A stretch of DNA of 64,000 nucleotides from Mobula hypostoma (Eukaryota): contig NC_086097.1 in assembly GCF_963921235.1 (NCBI RefSeq), forward strand, positions 110,920,001 through 110,984,000, written 5' to 3'. Both the position numbers and the translations under genes were made by a program. Shown in pieces: positions 25,939 to 38,000 of the stretch (positions within the stretch are counted from its first letter, which is position 1; every line of letters starts with the position of its first letter). A model generated the notes under the pieces. The model saw nothing but the letters and a program-made list of their open reading frames with translations, was not told the origin of the DNA and made no database searches.

Positions 25939-26095
25939 CAACACACATCAAAGTTGCTGGTGAACGCAGCAGGCCAGACAGCATCTCTAGGAAGAGGTAC
26001 AGTCGACGTTTCAGGCCAAGACCCTTCGTCAGGACTAACTGAAGGAAGAGTTAGTAAGAGATTTGAAAGTTGGAGGGGGAGGGGGGAGATCCAAA
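25939..26095 (-). mobile_element. Penelope-like pLTR fragment nested in the L1
   Basis: Same sequence as PLE terminus at 48798-48960. Confidence 0.8.
26000..26037 (-). ncRNA. Minimal type I hammerhead ribozyme motif with intact core
   Basis: Minus strand TAGTC-CTGACGA-AGGGTCTTGGCCT-GAAA-CG-TC^GACTG; GUC cleavage triplet, stems I and II pair. Confidence 0.75.
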
Positions 26096-27557
26096 CATAT
26101 TCCTCAAAGTTTCCAATGAAATCTAGGGGTGTGGCAATAATAATTCACAGAAACGTTCCATTTCATCACCTAACAACAATAGCAGACAAGGATGGGAGAT
26201 ATGTTACAGTTACTGGTTTATGTTATGGTTATGGTTATTGGAATGGGAGACAAATTTATAACTTGGATTAAGCTACTGTACAGTAACCCTAGTGCTAAAA
26301 TACTAACTAATCAGACCCTCTCGGAACCACTCAGTTTGCACAGGGGCACAAGACAGGGCTGTGCATTAAGTCCCTTATTGTTTGCGTTGGCCCTGGAACC
26401 ACTGGCGGAGACTATACGTTCTCACTCCAGAATTTACGGGTACAATACAGAATATACTATCAACAAAATTTCCCTTTATGTGGACGAAACCATATATTAC
26501 TATTCCAGTTTTGCTGGAAATAGTCAATTTATTTGGCACTTTCTCAGGGTATAAGATTAATTGGGGGAAAAGTGAATTGTTCCCAGTCCGAGTAGAACAA
26601 CAGGAGGGGCTTAAACAATTTCCATTCAAAATAACCCTTGTGAAGTTTACTTACCTTGGAATTGTAATAACCAAAAAGTATAGTTCTCTACCTGAAGCAA
26701 ATTTTATCCCTCTAATTGAAAAGATAAGAAAGAAAATAGAATTTTGGAAGACACTCCCAATTTCTTTAGTGGGTAGAGAAAATGCAGTCAAGATGATCTT
26801 TCTTCGCCAACTGCTCTATCTATTTCAGAACCTGCCCCTCTATCTTATCAAAACCTTTTTTAAAGGATTAGATTTGATAACTCTACCTTTTATATGGAAT
26901 TATAAAGCCCATCAAATTAGGAAAGAACATCTCTGCAAGAATAAGACGAGCAGGGGGCTGGCACTACCCAACTTTATTTTTTATTACTGGGCTGCGAACG
27001 TTAGCCATATAGCACACTGGATAGATGATACAGTTGTACTTCCCAGATGGTTGGAGATGGAGCGTGAGGATTGCCTGCCATATTCCATAGGGGCAATCAT
27101 CATGTCCCCTATTTGGTTAAATAAAGCCTGTTATAGAGGCAATCCCATTATCTACAGCACCATACAGATGTGGAAACAAAAGGGGAAGCATTTGAAACTC
27201 AGAACATTATCTTTTCTTGTACCTATATCAGCGAACCTCCCTTTTATCCCCTCATGTATAGATGGAGCCTTTGATGCATGGCGAGAATTAGGGATACGCA
27301 GCATTGGAGACTTATACATACAAGGGATTTTTGCGTCATTTCGGCAGCTCCAGCACAAATTTGGATTGCAAAAGAGTCACTTTTTCAGCTATCTCCAGCT
27401 AAGACACTATATAAGATCACATCTTTCTGGTTTTGAGACGGCAGAACCTGATTAATTAGATAATCATTTAAGATCATGTTTAGGGACAGAACACATCATC
27501 GCCTATCTGTATGATGCCATACTAAAGAAGTGTCATACAACAATGGATAATATTGAA

Positions 27558-27876
27558 GTGTGGGCACGTGGCCAAGTGGTTAAGGCATTGGACAAGCGAC
27601 CTGAAGGTCGTGAGTTCAAGCCCCAGCCGAGGCAACGTGTGTTGTGTTCTTGAGCAAGGCACTTAATCACACATTGCTCTGCGACAACACTGGTGCCAAG
27701 CTGTATGGGTCCTAATGCCCTTCCCTTGGACAACATTGGTGTCGTGGAAAGGGGAGACTTGTAGCATGGGCAACTGCTTGTCTTCCATACAACCTTGCCC
27801 AGGCCTGCGCCCTGGAGAGTGAAGACTTTCCAGGCGCAGATCCATGGTCTCGCAAGACTAACGGATGCCTTTACTT
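27558..27876 (+). mobile_element. tRNA-derived SINE nested in L1 ORF2
   Basis: A-box TGGCCAAGTGG, B-box GTTCAAGCCC, CORE-like ttgagcaaggcacttaatc, flanking taatatt repeats. Confidence 0.85.
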
Positions 27877-29699
27877 TAATATTAAAAAAGAGTGGGAAAA
27901 GGAGTTGGGTACAGAGACAGAGGAGGTTATATGGAATGAGGCTTTGGAGTAGGTTAACTCCTGTTCCATCAATGCCAGGCACTGTTTATTACAATTTAAA
28001 ATCTTACATAGACCACATTACTCAAAAGTAAGGATTCATAAAATATTCCCAGAGGTGTCCCCAATGTGCGAGAAATGCAAGTCCTCAGAGGCAAATTTGT
28101 TACATAGTTATGCTTTATGTCCTAGGATACAAGAGTACTGGAAGCAAATATTTGAGGTCTTATTGAAGGTACTAAAGGTTCAGATAATAAAGAACCCCAT
28201 TTTAATAATTATTGGAACTTCTGCGAGGTCAGATAAATTCCAGGCCACCCAGCAACAACTCCTGACCTATGGCATACTTAATGGAAAGAAACTCGTACTG
28301 ATTTTCTGGAAAAAGGAGGAAACTCTATCACTCAGACAATGGCTGGCTGCATTAATGGATACTCTGCATCTAGAGAAGATAAGATACGTTATCAAGGACA
28401 GACTCAAGGAATTTGAAAAAATCTGGCAACCATTTCTGTTGTATCTAAACGAGACCGACAGCTGAACTAAGTGTGGGGGGGGGGGCGGTAGGATCTAAAC
28501 AGCACATACGGGAGGGGTGAGGGGAGGGGAGGGCTGGGAAGGGGAAAGGAGATGGGGTGGTAGGGTTTCCTTTGTTTTTTGCTTGTTTACTATACATACA
28601 TTCATATTACTTTCATTATGTTGTTATAAGAAAGAAAAGAAGCATTGTACTTTAGGACATTGTCAGTTGTGGTTAAGCTGATGTTGCTTCACAATAAAAA
28701 CATTTGAAAATAATCAAATATTTTGGCCACATCATGAGAAGAGAGGATTCCTTGGAGAAGACTCTCATGTTAGGTAAAACAGAAGGTAAAAGAAGGAGAG
28801 GACAATAGAGGCTACGATGGATAGATAATGCTACTCAGACAATGCGTATGACCTTGGGGAATCACAGAGAGGCAGTTTCCAACAAGAAGCCTTGGTGTAC
28901 AGGAGTCTATGAGGCCACGAAGGGTCAGACTTGATTTAATAAATGAACAAAGAGTCTTCAACGTTGTCTTTTTTTGTGAAAGATTTTCTCTTTTTTGACT
29001 CTGAACTTTTTTTTAAATGTTCATGTACTGTCCCTTCCTCATTACAGTCTGGTTATCAATACTCATTTTGCTACCTGTCATCTGTCAAAAGCTTATCTTT
29101 TCTTTTTAATTTTTTAAACTCTCTTCATCAAAACCTTCCCACTAACTATTTTGGTGGAAGTTGTAACTGCAGCCCAATTAACGATTTTCTAATCCCAGCC
29201 AGATTCATGATTTTAGGAGCAGCTCCTTCCTTCACCAGTACTGGTGTCAGTGCCCTTGAATTGTTACTATTTTCCCCACCAGGATCTTTGGACCATGCAA
29301 TGATCAAACCTGCTGGAGAACTCACTGAAAAGCAGCATCTGTAGGGGAAAGGAATAGCCTATACTTGGGTTGAAAACCTGCATTAGAAACATGCATACAA
29401 TTCTACCACCTTATTTAGTTTATGTACAGTCCATGGCTTGCAGAGATTCCAAATTTTGTTGTTCTATTTTTTAATCTGGACTTGCTGCAGATAAATTGTT
29501 TAATTACTCAACAGTTCAGGAATCTCATCCTGAAAAGAGCTGAAATATTTGGTCTCAATGTTTACTGCCCAACAATTCTTAGCTAATTCATTTGGGAAAG
29601 CACATCTTGCTCAGTGAAGGTTGGCACTTATAAGATACAATTTTGGGAAGGTGCTCAGATTTATTTCAAAATTGTTGCTGATTTAATTAAACATGAAAG

Positions 29700-30370
29700 C
29701 AGAGTTTCAAGTTTCTAGCAGTGATCATCAATAGCCAAACCCATGTAGATGTCATGGTCAAGAAAGCTTGCCAACACCTCCACTTCCTTGGAGGCTAAAA
29801 AAAAGTTGGCATGACCCTATCGACCTTAGTCATTTTTAATCAATGCACCATAGAAAGCACCTGTCTTGATGCACTACAGCTTGGTATGGTAACTGTGCTG
29901 CTGGTAACTAAGAAAGTGGACATAGTCCAACACAACATGCAAACCACACTCCCCTCTGTGGATTCTGTCTATATTTCTTGCTGCTTCAGTAAAGCAGCCA
30001 GCATAATCAAAAACCACACCTATTCCAAACATTCCATCTTCTTCCCTCTCCCATCAAACAAAGCCTGAAAAGACTGAAAGCACAGACCATCAGGCTCAAG
30101 GACAGCTTCCTCCTTGTTGTCACAAGACTACTGAATGGTTTCCCAGTACAATAAGACGGACACCTGACTTCACAATCTAACTCATTATGGTATTGCACCT
30201 TTATCGTTATTGTCACTGCACTGCCACAGTAGCTGTTGCACTTTATTCTGCATTCTGTTACTATTTTACCTTGCACTACCTCAACATACTGTGTCATTTT
30301 TTTTATGAACAGTGTGCAAGATGATCTTTTCACTGCACTTCAGTACATGAGATAATAATAAATTTCCAAT
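29700..30370 (+). mobile_element. Rex1/Babar-type LINE 3' fragment
   Basis: Homologous to 30780-31760 (gcaccatagaaagc...accatcaggctcaaggacagcttc). Confidence 0.65.
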
Positions 30371-30779
30371 TTCCAAGGGAAACCAGGACAGCAGGTCAAT
30401 TATGGGTTTTGTTAACAAACTTTGAAGAAAATTTGAAGACCATTAACAATACAATATAGGTTGCAAGGACTTGATCTTCAGCTTTCCAAGGAGCACAGCT
30501 TAAGTACATGCACTTTAGACGGTAATACAATTTGGGCTAAAATGTAATATAGTACTGTATCAGACAGTGGCCAGTGAAAGATATGGAAACTATGGCCAGG
30601 GAATGAAATTTGTTGGGAGACCATAAGAGATAGGAGCAGAATTAGACTACCTGGCCCATCAAATCTGCTTCCTCATTCCGTCGTAGCTGACTTATTATCC
30701 CCCTCAACCCCCGACTCCTGCCTTCTCCCCATAACCTTTGACACCCTTACTACTTTATACTTTATAGTCGCCAAAGAAT

Positions 30780-31760
30780 TGATACTAGAATGTACAATCA
30801 TCACAGCGATATTTGATTCTGAGCTTCCTGCTCCCTGGATTACAAATTGATAGCAAATATTAAAAATTTAAATTATAAATCATAAATAGAAAATAGAAAA
30901 ATGGAAAGTAAGGTCGTGCAAAAAAACCAAGAGCCAGGTCCGGATATTTGGAGGGTACGGCCCAGATCCGGGTCAGGATCCGCTCAGCAGTCTTATCACA
31001 GTTGGAAAGAAGCTCTTCCCAAACCTAGCTGTACGAGTCTTCAAGCTCCTGAGCCTTCTCCCGGAGGGAAGAGGGATGAAAAGTGTGTTGGCTGGGTGGG
31101 TCATGTCCTTGATTATCCTGGGAGCACTGTTCCAACAGCGTGCGGTGTAAAGTGAGTCCAAGGACGGAAGATTGGTTTGTTTGATGTGCTGCACCGTGTT
31201 CACGATCTTCTGCAGCTTCTTCATGTCTTGGACAGGACAACTTCCATATCAGGTTGTGATGCACCGTAGAAGAATGCTTTCTACGGTGCATCTATAAAAA
31301 TTAGTGAGGGTTTTAGGGGACAGGCCAAATTTCTCTGGTTTTCTCAGGAAATAATGGCGCTGGTGGGCCTTCTTGGCAGTGGACTCTGCTTGGTTGGTCC
31401 AAGTCAGGTCATTTGTGATATTGACCCCGAGGAACTTAAAGCTTTTGACCTGTTCCACTTGCGCACCACCGACGTAAATGGGGTCGTGTGGTCCGCTACT
31501 CCTGCTGAACCAATTCCTTTGTCTTGCTGACGTCGAGGGATAGGTTATTGTCTTTGCACCATGCCACCAGGTTCTTAATTTCCTCTCTGTACTCAAACTC
31601 ATCATTACCCGAGATACAGCCTACATCAGCAAACTTATATATTGAGTTCGATGGAAACTTGGCTACACAATCATGGGTGTACAGTGAGTACAACAGGGGG
31701 CTCAGTACACAGCCTTGTGGGGCACCGGTGCTCAGAGTGATTGTAGACGAGAGCTTGTTA
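30780..31760 (-). mobile_element. Rex1/Babar-type LINE fragment
   Basis: [58 protein letters not shown]. Confidence 0.85.
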
Positions 31761-33701
31761 CTAATTTAGAGCCCATCGACCTCTGCTTTAAACACAGCCA
31801 TTGACCTGGCCTCCAAAGCCGAGGCAACTATTTCCACAGACTGACTAAAGAAAATCCTCCTCATATCTTGTTCTAAAGTGATGTCCATCTATTCTGAGGC
31901 TGTGCCTTCTGGTCCAAGACTGCTCCACTATAGGAACCATACTCTCCACTCTATCTGGGTCTTTCAACATTTGACAGGTTTTCATTGAGATTCCCGCTCA
32001 TTCTCCTAAGCTCCAGTGAGTACAAGCCCAGAGCCATCAAATACTCCTCATACCCGGGATCATTCTTGATAACCTCCTCTGAGTCTTCTCCAATGCTAGA
32101 ACATCCATTCTAAGATAAGGGGCCACATTCTGAGTGCAATCTGATCAATGCCTTGTAATGCTGAAGTTTTATATCCTTGCTTTTATATTCTAGTCCTCTT
32201 GAAAAGAACGCCAATATTGCATTTGCTATCCTTAACATCGACTCAGCCAGCAAGTTAACCTTTAGGGAATCCTGCATGAGGTCTCCTAAGTCCCTTTGCA
32301 CCTATATTTTCAGAAATCTCTCCGATTAGAAAATAGTCCATACTTCTATTCCTTCTACCAAAGTGCACGATCATACAGTTCTGTAAACTATATTCCATCT
32401 GCCATTTCTTTGCCCATCCTTCCAACCTGTACAAGTCTTTCTGCAACCTCTCTTCTTCCTCAGAATTACCTGCCCCTCCATCTGTTTTCATATCACCCAC
32501 AAACTTGGCCATAAAGTCAATTCCATCATCCAAATCATTGACATATGACGTAAGAAAGAAGCGGTTTCAATATTGACTACTGCAGAACACCACTTGTCGC
32601 TGGCAACCAACCAGAAAGGGGCTTCTTTATTCCCACACTTACCTCCTGTCAGTCAGTTATTCATGCTAGTATCTTTCCCATGTAAACATGGTCTCTAATT
32701 TTGTTTAGCAGACTCATGTGCGGCACCTTGTAGGAAGCCTTCTAAAATTTTAAGTTAGCAACGTCCACTGACTCTCCTTTGTTTTATTTATCTATTCATA
32801 CAGGGTGGAATAAGTCCTTTTGGTTCTTCAAGTCAAGCCACCCCAGCAACCCCTGACACATTGATTACCGCTAACCTAATCATGAAAAATTTACAATGAC
32901 CAATTAACCTACCTGGCATGCCTTTGGACTGTGTGAGAAAACCAGTGGACCATGAGAAAACCCACTGAACTCCAGGGTGTAACAGCGTCGCAATAACCGC
33001 TATGCTATGGTAGTGCTTTGCCTGTTTTTCCTCAAAGAGGCCCACAGAATTGTCAGATAAGATCTCCCTTTAAGGAAAACATGCAGATTTTGACCTATTT
33101 TATCAAGTGCCTCCAAAAACCCCAAAACCGCATTCTTAATAATAGACTCCAACATCTTCCCAACCACTGAAGTCAGGCTATCTGGCTTATCATTTTCTGT
33201 TTTTTGCTCCTTCCTTCTTGAAGAGACATTTGCAACTTTCCAGTCCTCTGGAGCCATTCCAGAATCTACTTATTCTTGAAAGATTGTGCCTCCACAATCT
33301 CTTCAGGTACTATTTTCAGAACCCTGGAGTGCAGTTCAACTGGTCCAGGTGACTTACCTATCTTCAGACCTTTCAGCTTCCCAAGGACCTTCTCCTTACT
33401 AATAGTGACTATGTTCACTTCTGCCCCCTGACATTCTTGAATTTCTGGTATAATACTGGTATCCTCCACAGTAAAGACCAACGTATAATACTTAGTAAGT
33501 TTCTCTGCCATTTCTTTGTCCCCCATTACCAACTCTCCAATATTATTTTCTAATGGTCCAATATCCACTCTCACCTCTTTTAATCTTTATATATCTGGAA
33601 AGACTTTTGTTATCCCCTTTTATAGTATTGGCTAGCTTACCTTTATATTTCATCTTTCTTCTTTTTATTGATTTTTTAATTGCTTTCTGTTGGTTTTTAA
33701 A

Positions 33702-33935
33702 GGGGAGGGGGGGAACGTCGACTCAGACCATGAGAGGCCTGCGTCGGGCATTTTCATACCTTACAAGGCGCAGATTGGAAGTCTGTGTGGGGCGCTACTC
33801 CTCGCACAGACTAGAGCAATGTGTGATTAAGTGCCTTGCTCAAGGGCACAAATACGCTGCCACAGCTGAGGCTCGAACTAGCGACCTTGAGATAACTAGA
33901 CGAACGCCTTAACCACTTGGCCACGTGCCCAACAC
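33702..33935 (-). mobile_element. tRNA-derived SINE (same head as 27558, different tail)
   Basis: Minus strand gggcacgtggccaagtggttaaggcg...GTTCGAGCC...cttgagcaaggcacttaatcacacattgctct. Confidence 0.85.
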
Positions 33936-34074
33936 AAATTTTTTAAAAATCTTCCCAATCCTCTAGCTTCCCACTAATTTTTGCAATATTGTATACCCTC
34001 TCTTTTGTTTTTATATGTTTTTGACTTCTCTTGTTAGCCACAGATGCCTCATCCTTCCCTATGAATACTACTAG

Positions 34075-34728
34075 TGTGACGGGGTCCTGAGTTACCCCTG
34101 TGAACTGTGCTTTGGAAAAGAGAGAGAGGGGGAGTTATTTAACACCGACAACTTGTTTTTAAAAGAGAGAGAGAGATGAAGATGCTCACAGGTTGTTTAT
34201 ACTTTCTTCAAGGACATCGCCTGCTTGCATTTCTTACACAGAGAGACGAAGGAGGAGTTATTTGAATGACAGTTGATACTCAGTACAGTGAGATAAATAG
34301 GAGGTCAGATGTTATAGACCTCAGGCACATGTTTTGGACACTGAATGAGCTTTGTCGTGCCCGCAGAAAAAGTGGGTTTTTGGAGGATCGATCAGGCAGA
34401 TCGATCAGTTGCTCTGGCAGTGAAAGGGAAAGGGGTTGACTGGTGGGGAGTTGTCCATGTGTCCACCCTTGCCTGGGTGATAACTCCACCACAGAAAACT
34501 GGTCCCCTTTGTTGTGGTCACAGTCGGTGACTTTTAAAGGATTTCAGAGGACAAGAAGAAGATCGACAGCACCAGCTGACCTGAAGACTCAAATCTCTCC
34601 CTCTCTCTCTCTCCATTACTACTCAATACCACAAACTGAACTGAACTGAACTTTACTCATCATTGTAAGACTGTATCTTTTTACCCCTAGACTTCAAGAA
34701 GCTTAATTTTCACATATATTTCCATACT
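34075..34728. mobile_element. LTR-like fragment (truncated)
   Basis: Starts TGTGACG like the solo LTR terminus at 53945; interrupts a CR1; no second terminus or TSD seen. Confidence 0.45.
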
Positions 34729-35934
34729 TTGGGACATATCTATCCTGCAACTTCCGAATTACTCCCGAAACTGCAGCTAATGGTGTTCTGCCATCATCCC
34801 TGCTAGTCTTCCTTTCCAATCAACATTGCCCAGTTCCTCTCTCATGCCTCTGTAATTCCTTTTACTCCACTGTAATACTGATACATCTGACTTTAGCTTC
34901 TCCTCAATTTGCAGGGAGAATTCTATCATGTTATGATCACTGACTGCTAAGGGTTCCTTTATGTTAAGCTCACTAATCAAATCTGGTTCATAACACACAT
35001 CCAGTCCAGAGTTGCCTTTACCCTAATGGGCTTAAGCACAAGCTGCTCTAGAAAGCCAAGAATGAGGGCCAAGCACGGCTGTTTTAGTCTTCTCAATGTT
35101 GAGTTAACAAATAATTTGACAATTTAGAGACAGGTGAAGGGTTAATATGGTTTAGTCTACCAGGTCAAAGATTGCTACTCTACTGGATGTAGAAGAGGAT
35201 CATCTTTTGTCACAATTACATAGGATGCTGTTTATAAGCACAGAAGATTCTGCAGATGCTGGAAATCCAGAGCAATACATACAAAATGTTATAGAAACTT
35301 CATCAGGCCAGGCAGCATCAATGGAGAGGAATAAACAGTCAATGTTTTGGGTTGGGACTCTTCATCATGTTGTTAGCAGTCTTATTTGGAACTGTGGAGG
35401 GGCGGAAGCCAGAATAGATAAAATTAAGAAAGGAGTCTAGTGCAAGGTGAAAGAATTAACCAGGAAAGGAAAACTGGTGATGGGCTAACAGCCTGAAAAG
35501 GGAGAAGATTTAGTTTTCTGGTTGCATGAGAGCAGACTTGAAAGAGCAGGCAGATTAGCTAAGGATAATATGTTATCTAGAGATTAGGTAGTTGATGTCA
35601 ACCACCATCAACTAACAGAATTTAAGAAGGGAACTTGGAGGTCAGTAGTTAAATGGGAATGAGGTGTGTGGAGCAAGAGGTGTTATCACTTGGATCTACA
35701 TAATTTGCAGAGGGCCCAAACAAAAACAATCCATGTTTCAAATGCTTTTTTAGGAAATATTTCAAAATGAGCTTGGTGAAAAAAGTGAAGCTGCAGATGG
35801 TTTCAAATTAAGAAACTAAAGGGTCCATGAGGTTTCTGTATTTACTGTTGCTGTGGAGTATAGGAGAGAAGTTTATCATGATAATCTGCAGGAGACAAGT
35901 GAAACCAGTACAGTGTTCAGAGTTCAGAATAATG

Positions 35935-36606
35935 CTGGAAGATTTAGCCACCTTTCCGGATATAAACTTAATTTACATAAGAGCGAACTCTTTCCAATAA
36001 ACAGAGAAGCACAAATAGTAGAATTTCATAACCTCCCTTTTAAAGTAGTAAATAATCAATTTACTTACCTTGGCATTACAGTAACAAGGAATTATAAGCA
36101 TCTTTTTGCAGAAAATTTCACTAATTTTTTAAACCATACAAAACAGAGTCTAGTACAGTGGTCACCCGTCTGTGTCTCTGATAGGTCGAATTAATGTTGT
36201 TAAAATGTACGTCCTTCCTAAATTTTTATACTTATTTCAACCTTTACCAATTTTTATTTCTAAAGTTTTTTTATGACTCGTTAGATTCTATTATTTCGTC
36301 CTATCTATGGAAGCGCAAATGACCCAGACTAAATAAAGCTCAACTTCAAAAACCTGAAAGGGCAGGTGGTATGGCCTTGCCCAATTTTTGTTTATATTAC
36401 TGTGCAGCCAACATACATTGTCTTATCTTTTGGTCTTACTTTTATAATCAGTCTTACTGCCAAATATGGGTGGCAATGGAGTTGAACTCTTGTAAGAATC
36501 TCTCCATTCCCACACTTCCTTGCCATCTGCCTAAATCAATTGTTAATCCTGTCATCAGACACACACTGAGAATATGGGCTCAGTTCAGAAAATATAATGG
36601 TCTTCA

Positions 36607-36648
<42 letters not shown>

Positions 36649-37933
36649 CTATTCTACATAATCATCTTTTTCAGCCTTCTATGCAGGATTTCACATTTCA
36701 AGACTGGCACAGAAAGGGCATTAGGTGCTTTGAAGATCTTTTCATAGACAATCACTTTACAACTTTTGAACATCTGTCTGTAAAGCTCAACCTACCCAAC
36801 ATTCATTTCTTCAGATATCTCCAAATTAGACATTTTATCAACCCTTTAATACCAAACTTTCCTGAGGTACCTAATAATAATGTCGTGGACTTGTTTCTTC
36901 GTATGAACCCACTGGGTAAAGGTTTAATATCCACTATTCAAGATATGTTAACGATTTTGAGGCGAGCCCCTTTTGACAAAATTAAAACTGCCTGGGAGCA
37001 TGATTTAAATTTTTCTCTGTCCGATGAGGTTTGGGATTCAATTCTCAAGTCAGTTAATTCAACCCCTTTATGTGCTCGCCAGTGCCTTTTACAGTTCAAG
37101 GTTGTACACAGGGCTCATATGTCTAAAACTAAATTATCGCAGCTCTATCCTGATATCAGTCCCTGTTGCGACAAGTGTAAAGAGGGTGAGGCTTCCCTTA
37201 TTCATATGTACTGGGTTTGTCCTAGCTTGGAGAAATTCTGGAGAGATGTCTCTTTAACTTTATCCCATATCCTTAATTGCTATTTGGAACCTAACCCTCT
37301 GATTGCTCTTTCTGGCACCTTGGGAGAAGCTGACACCCATCTGAGTCCGGCTAAACGTCGTACATTGTCTTTAGCCTCTCTTTTAGCCAGACGTGCAGTC
37401 TTTCTTAAGTGGAGAGATGTTGCCCCACCCACTCATGCTCAATGGCTCAGAGACATTATGTCCTGCTTAGACCTTGAAAAGATTCATTATTCGCTTCTTA
37501 ATTTGTACATAAAGTTCCAAAAGGTGTGGGGTCCTTTTCTTGAATATTTTCATAATTTCCATTTAGATTAAGGGTTTATCCCTCTTTTTTTCCTTTTGCA
37601 TTTAAATACCTTATTTCCAGCTTCGTTCGGTTTGATGTGTAAATATATTATAGTATTATAGAAGGTAGGCAATATACCTTCCTTTTTATAAATACAGCTC
37701 AGTGGTGATAAAAATTCTGATTAACTTTTCTATATATCGTAAGGCTGGCTTGGAGTCGGGTAGTGAGAGGGTGGGGTGGTAACTAACTTTATGCAATTCT
37801 GCTATGGGTGCTTTTCCTGAACTGTATGAACTGTACATTTGATATGCGTGTTTTGCACTGTATAAACCTTTTTTTTTCTTTTTTTTTTGTTATTGCATTG
37901 TAGAAACTTACAAAAAAAATTAATAAAAAAAAT
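35935..37933 (+). mobile_element. L1-clade LINE 3' portion with A-rich tail
   Basis: SGYKLNLHKSELFP, GGMALPNF..YY.AANI, CDKCKEGEASLIHMYWVC zinc knuckle; tail aaaaaaaattaataaaaaaaa. Confidence 0.9.
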
Positions 37934-38000
37934 AGTGTTGGAAGAGTGAGTGATCTGGCAAATTCATTCTAAATATTCATGTTACAAAGTACACACTTAC

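Larger units (their letters stand above)
24461..28713 (+). mobile_element. L1-clade LINE with both ends (ORF1 plus internally deleted ORF2), decayed
   Basis: G-rich 5' start; ORF1 remnants LEGRLKGQNLRIAGLREG, IQIFRDLP, LLYPAKLRV; ORF2 remnants RGTRQGCALSPLLFALALEPL, SGYKINWGKS, CEKCK..NLLHSYALC; AATAAA at 28693; 15-bp TSD TCAAATATTTTGGCC. Confidence 0.9.
24230..28940 (+). mobile_element. BovB-like RTE LINE 3' fragment (24230-24460 and 28714-28940) split by an L1 insertion
   Basis: MVFPVVMYSCENWTI.KAE.KRIDTFEL.CW..RSNKSIL..KLKYFG resumes after the L1 as HIMRREDSLEKTLMLGKTEGKRRRGQ. Confidence 0.8.
31790..35060 (-). mobile_element. Decayed CR1/HER1-type LINE interrupted by SINEs and an LTR fragment
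   Basis: Successive remnants SDHNMIEF, KSPGPVELHSRVLK, PEDWKVANV, WAKKWQMEY. Confidence 0.8.

Noticed and set aside
26382..27455. 357-aa ORF (and the 324-aa ORF at 36597) as host genes
   Set aside because: These are L1 ORF2 C-terminal remnants
27558..27635. tRNA gene
   Set aside because: tRNA-like head continues into a SINE body and tail inside an L1; no proper acceptor stem or terminator
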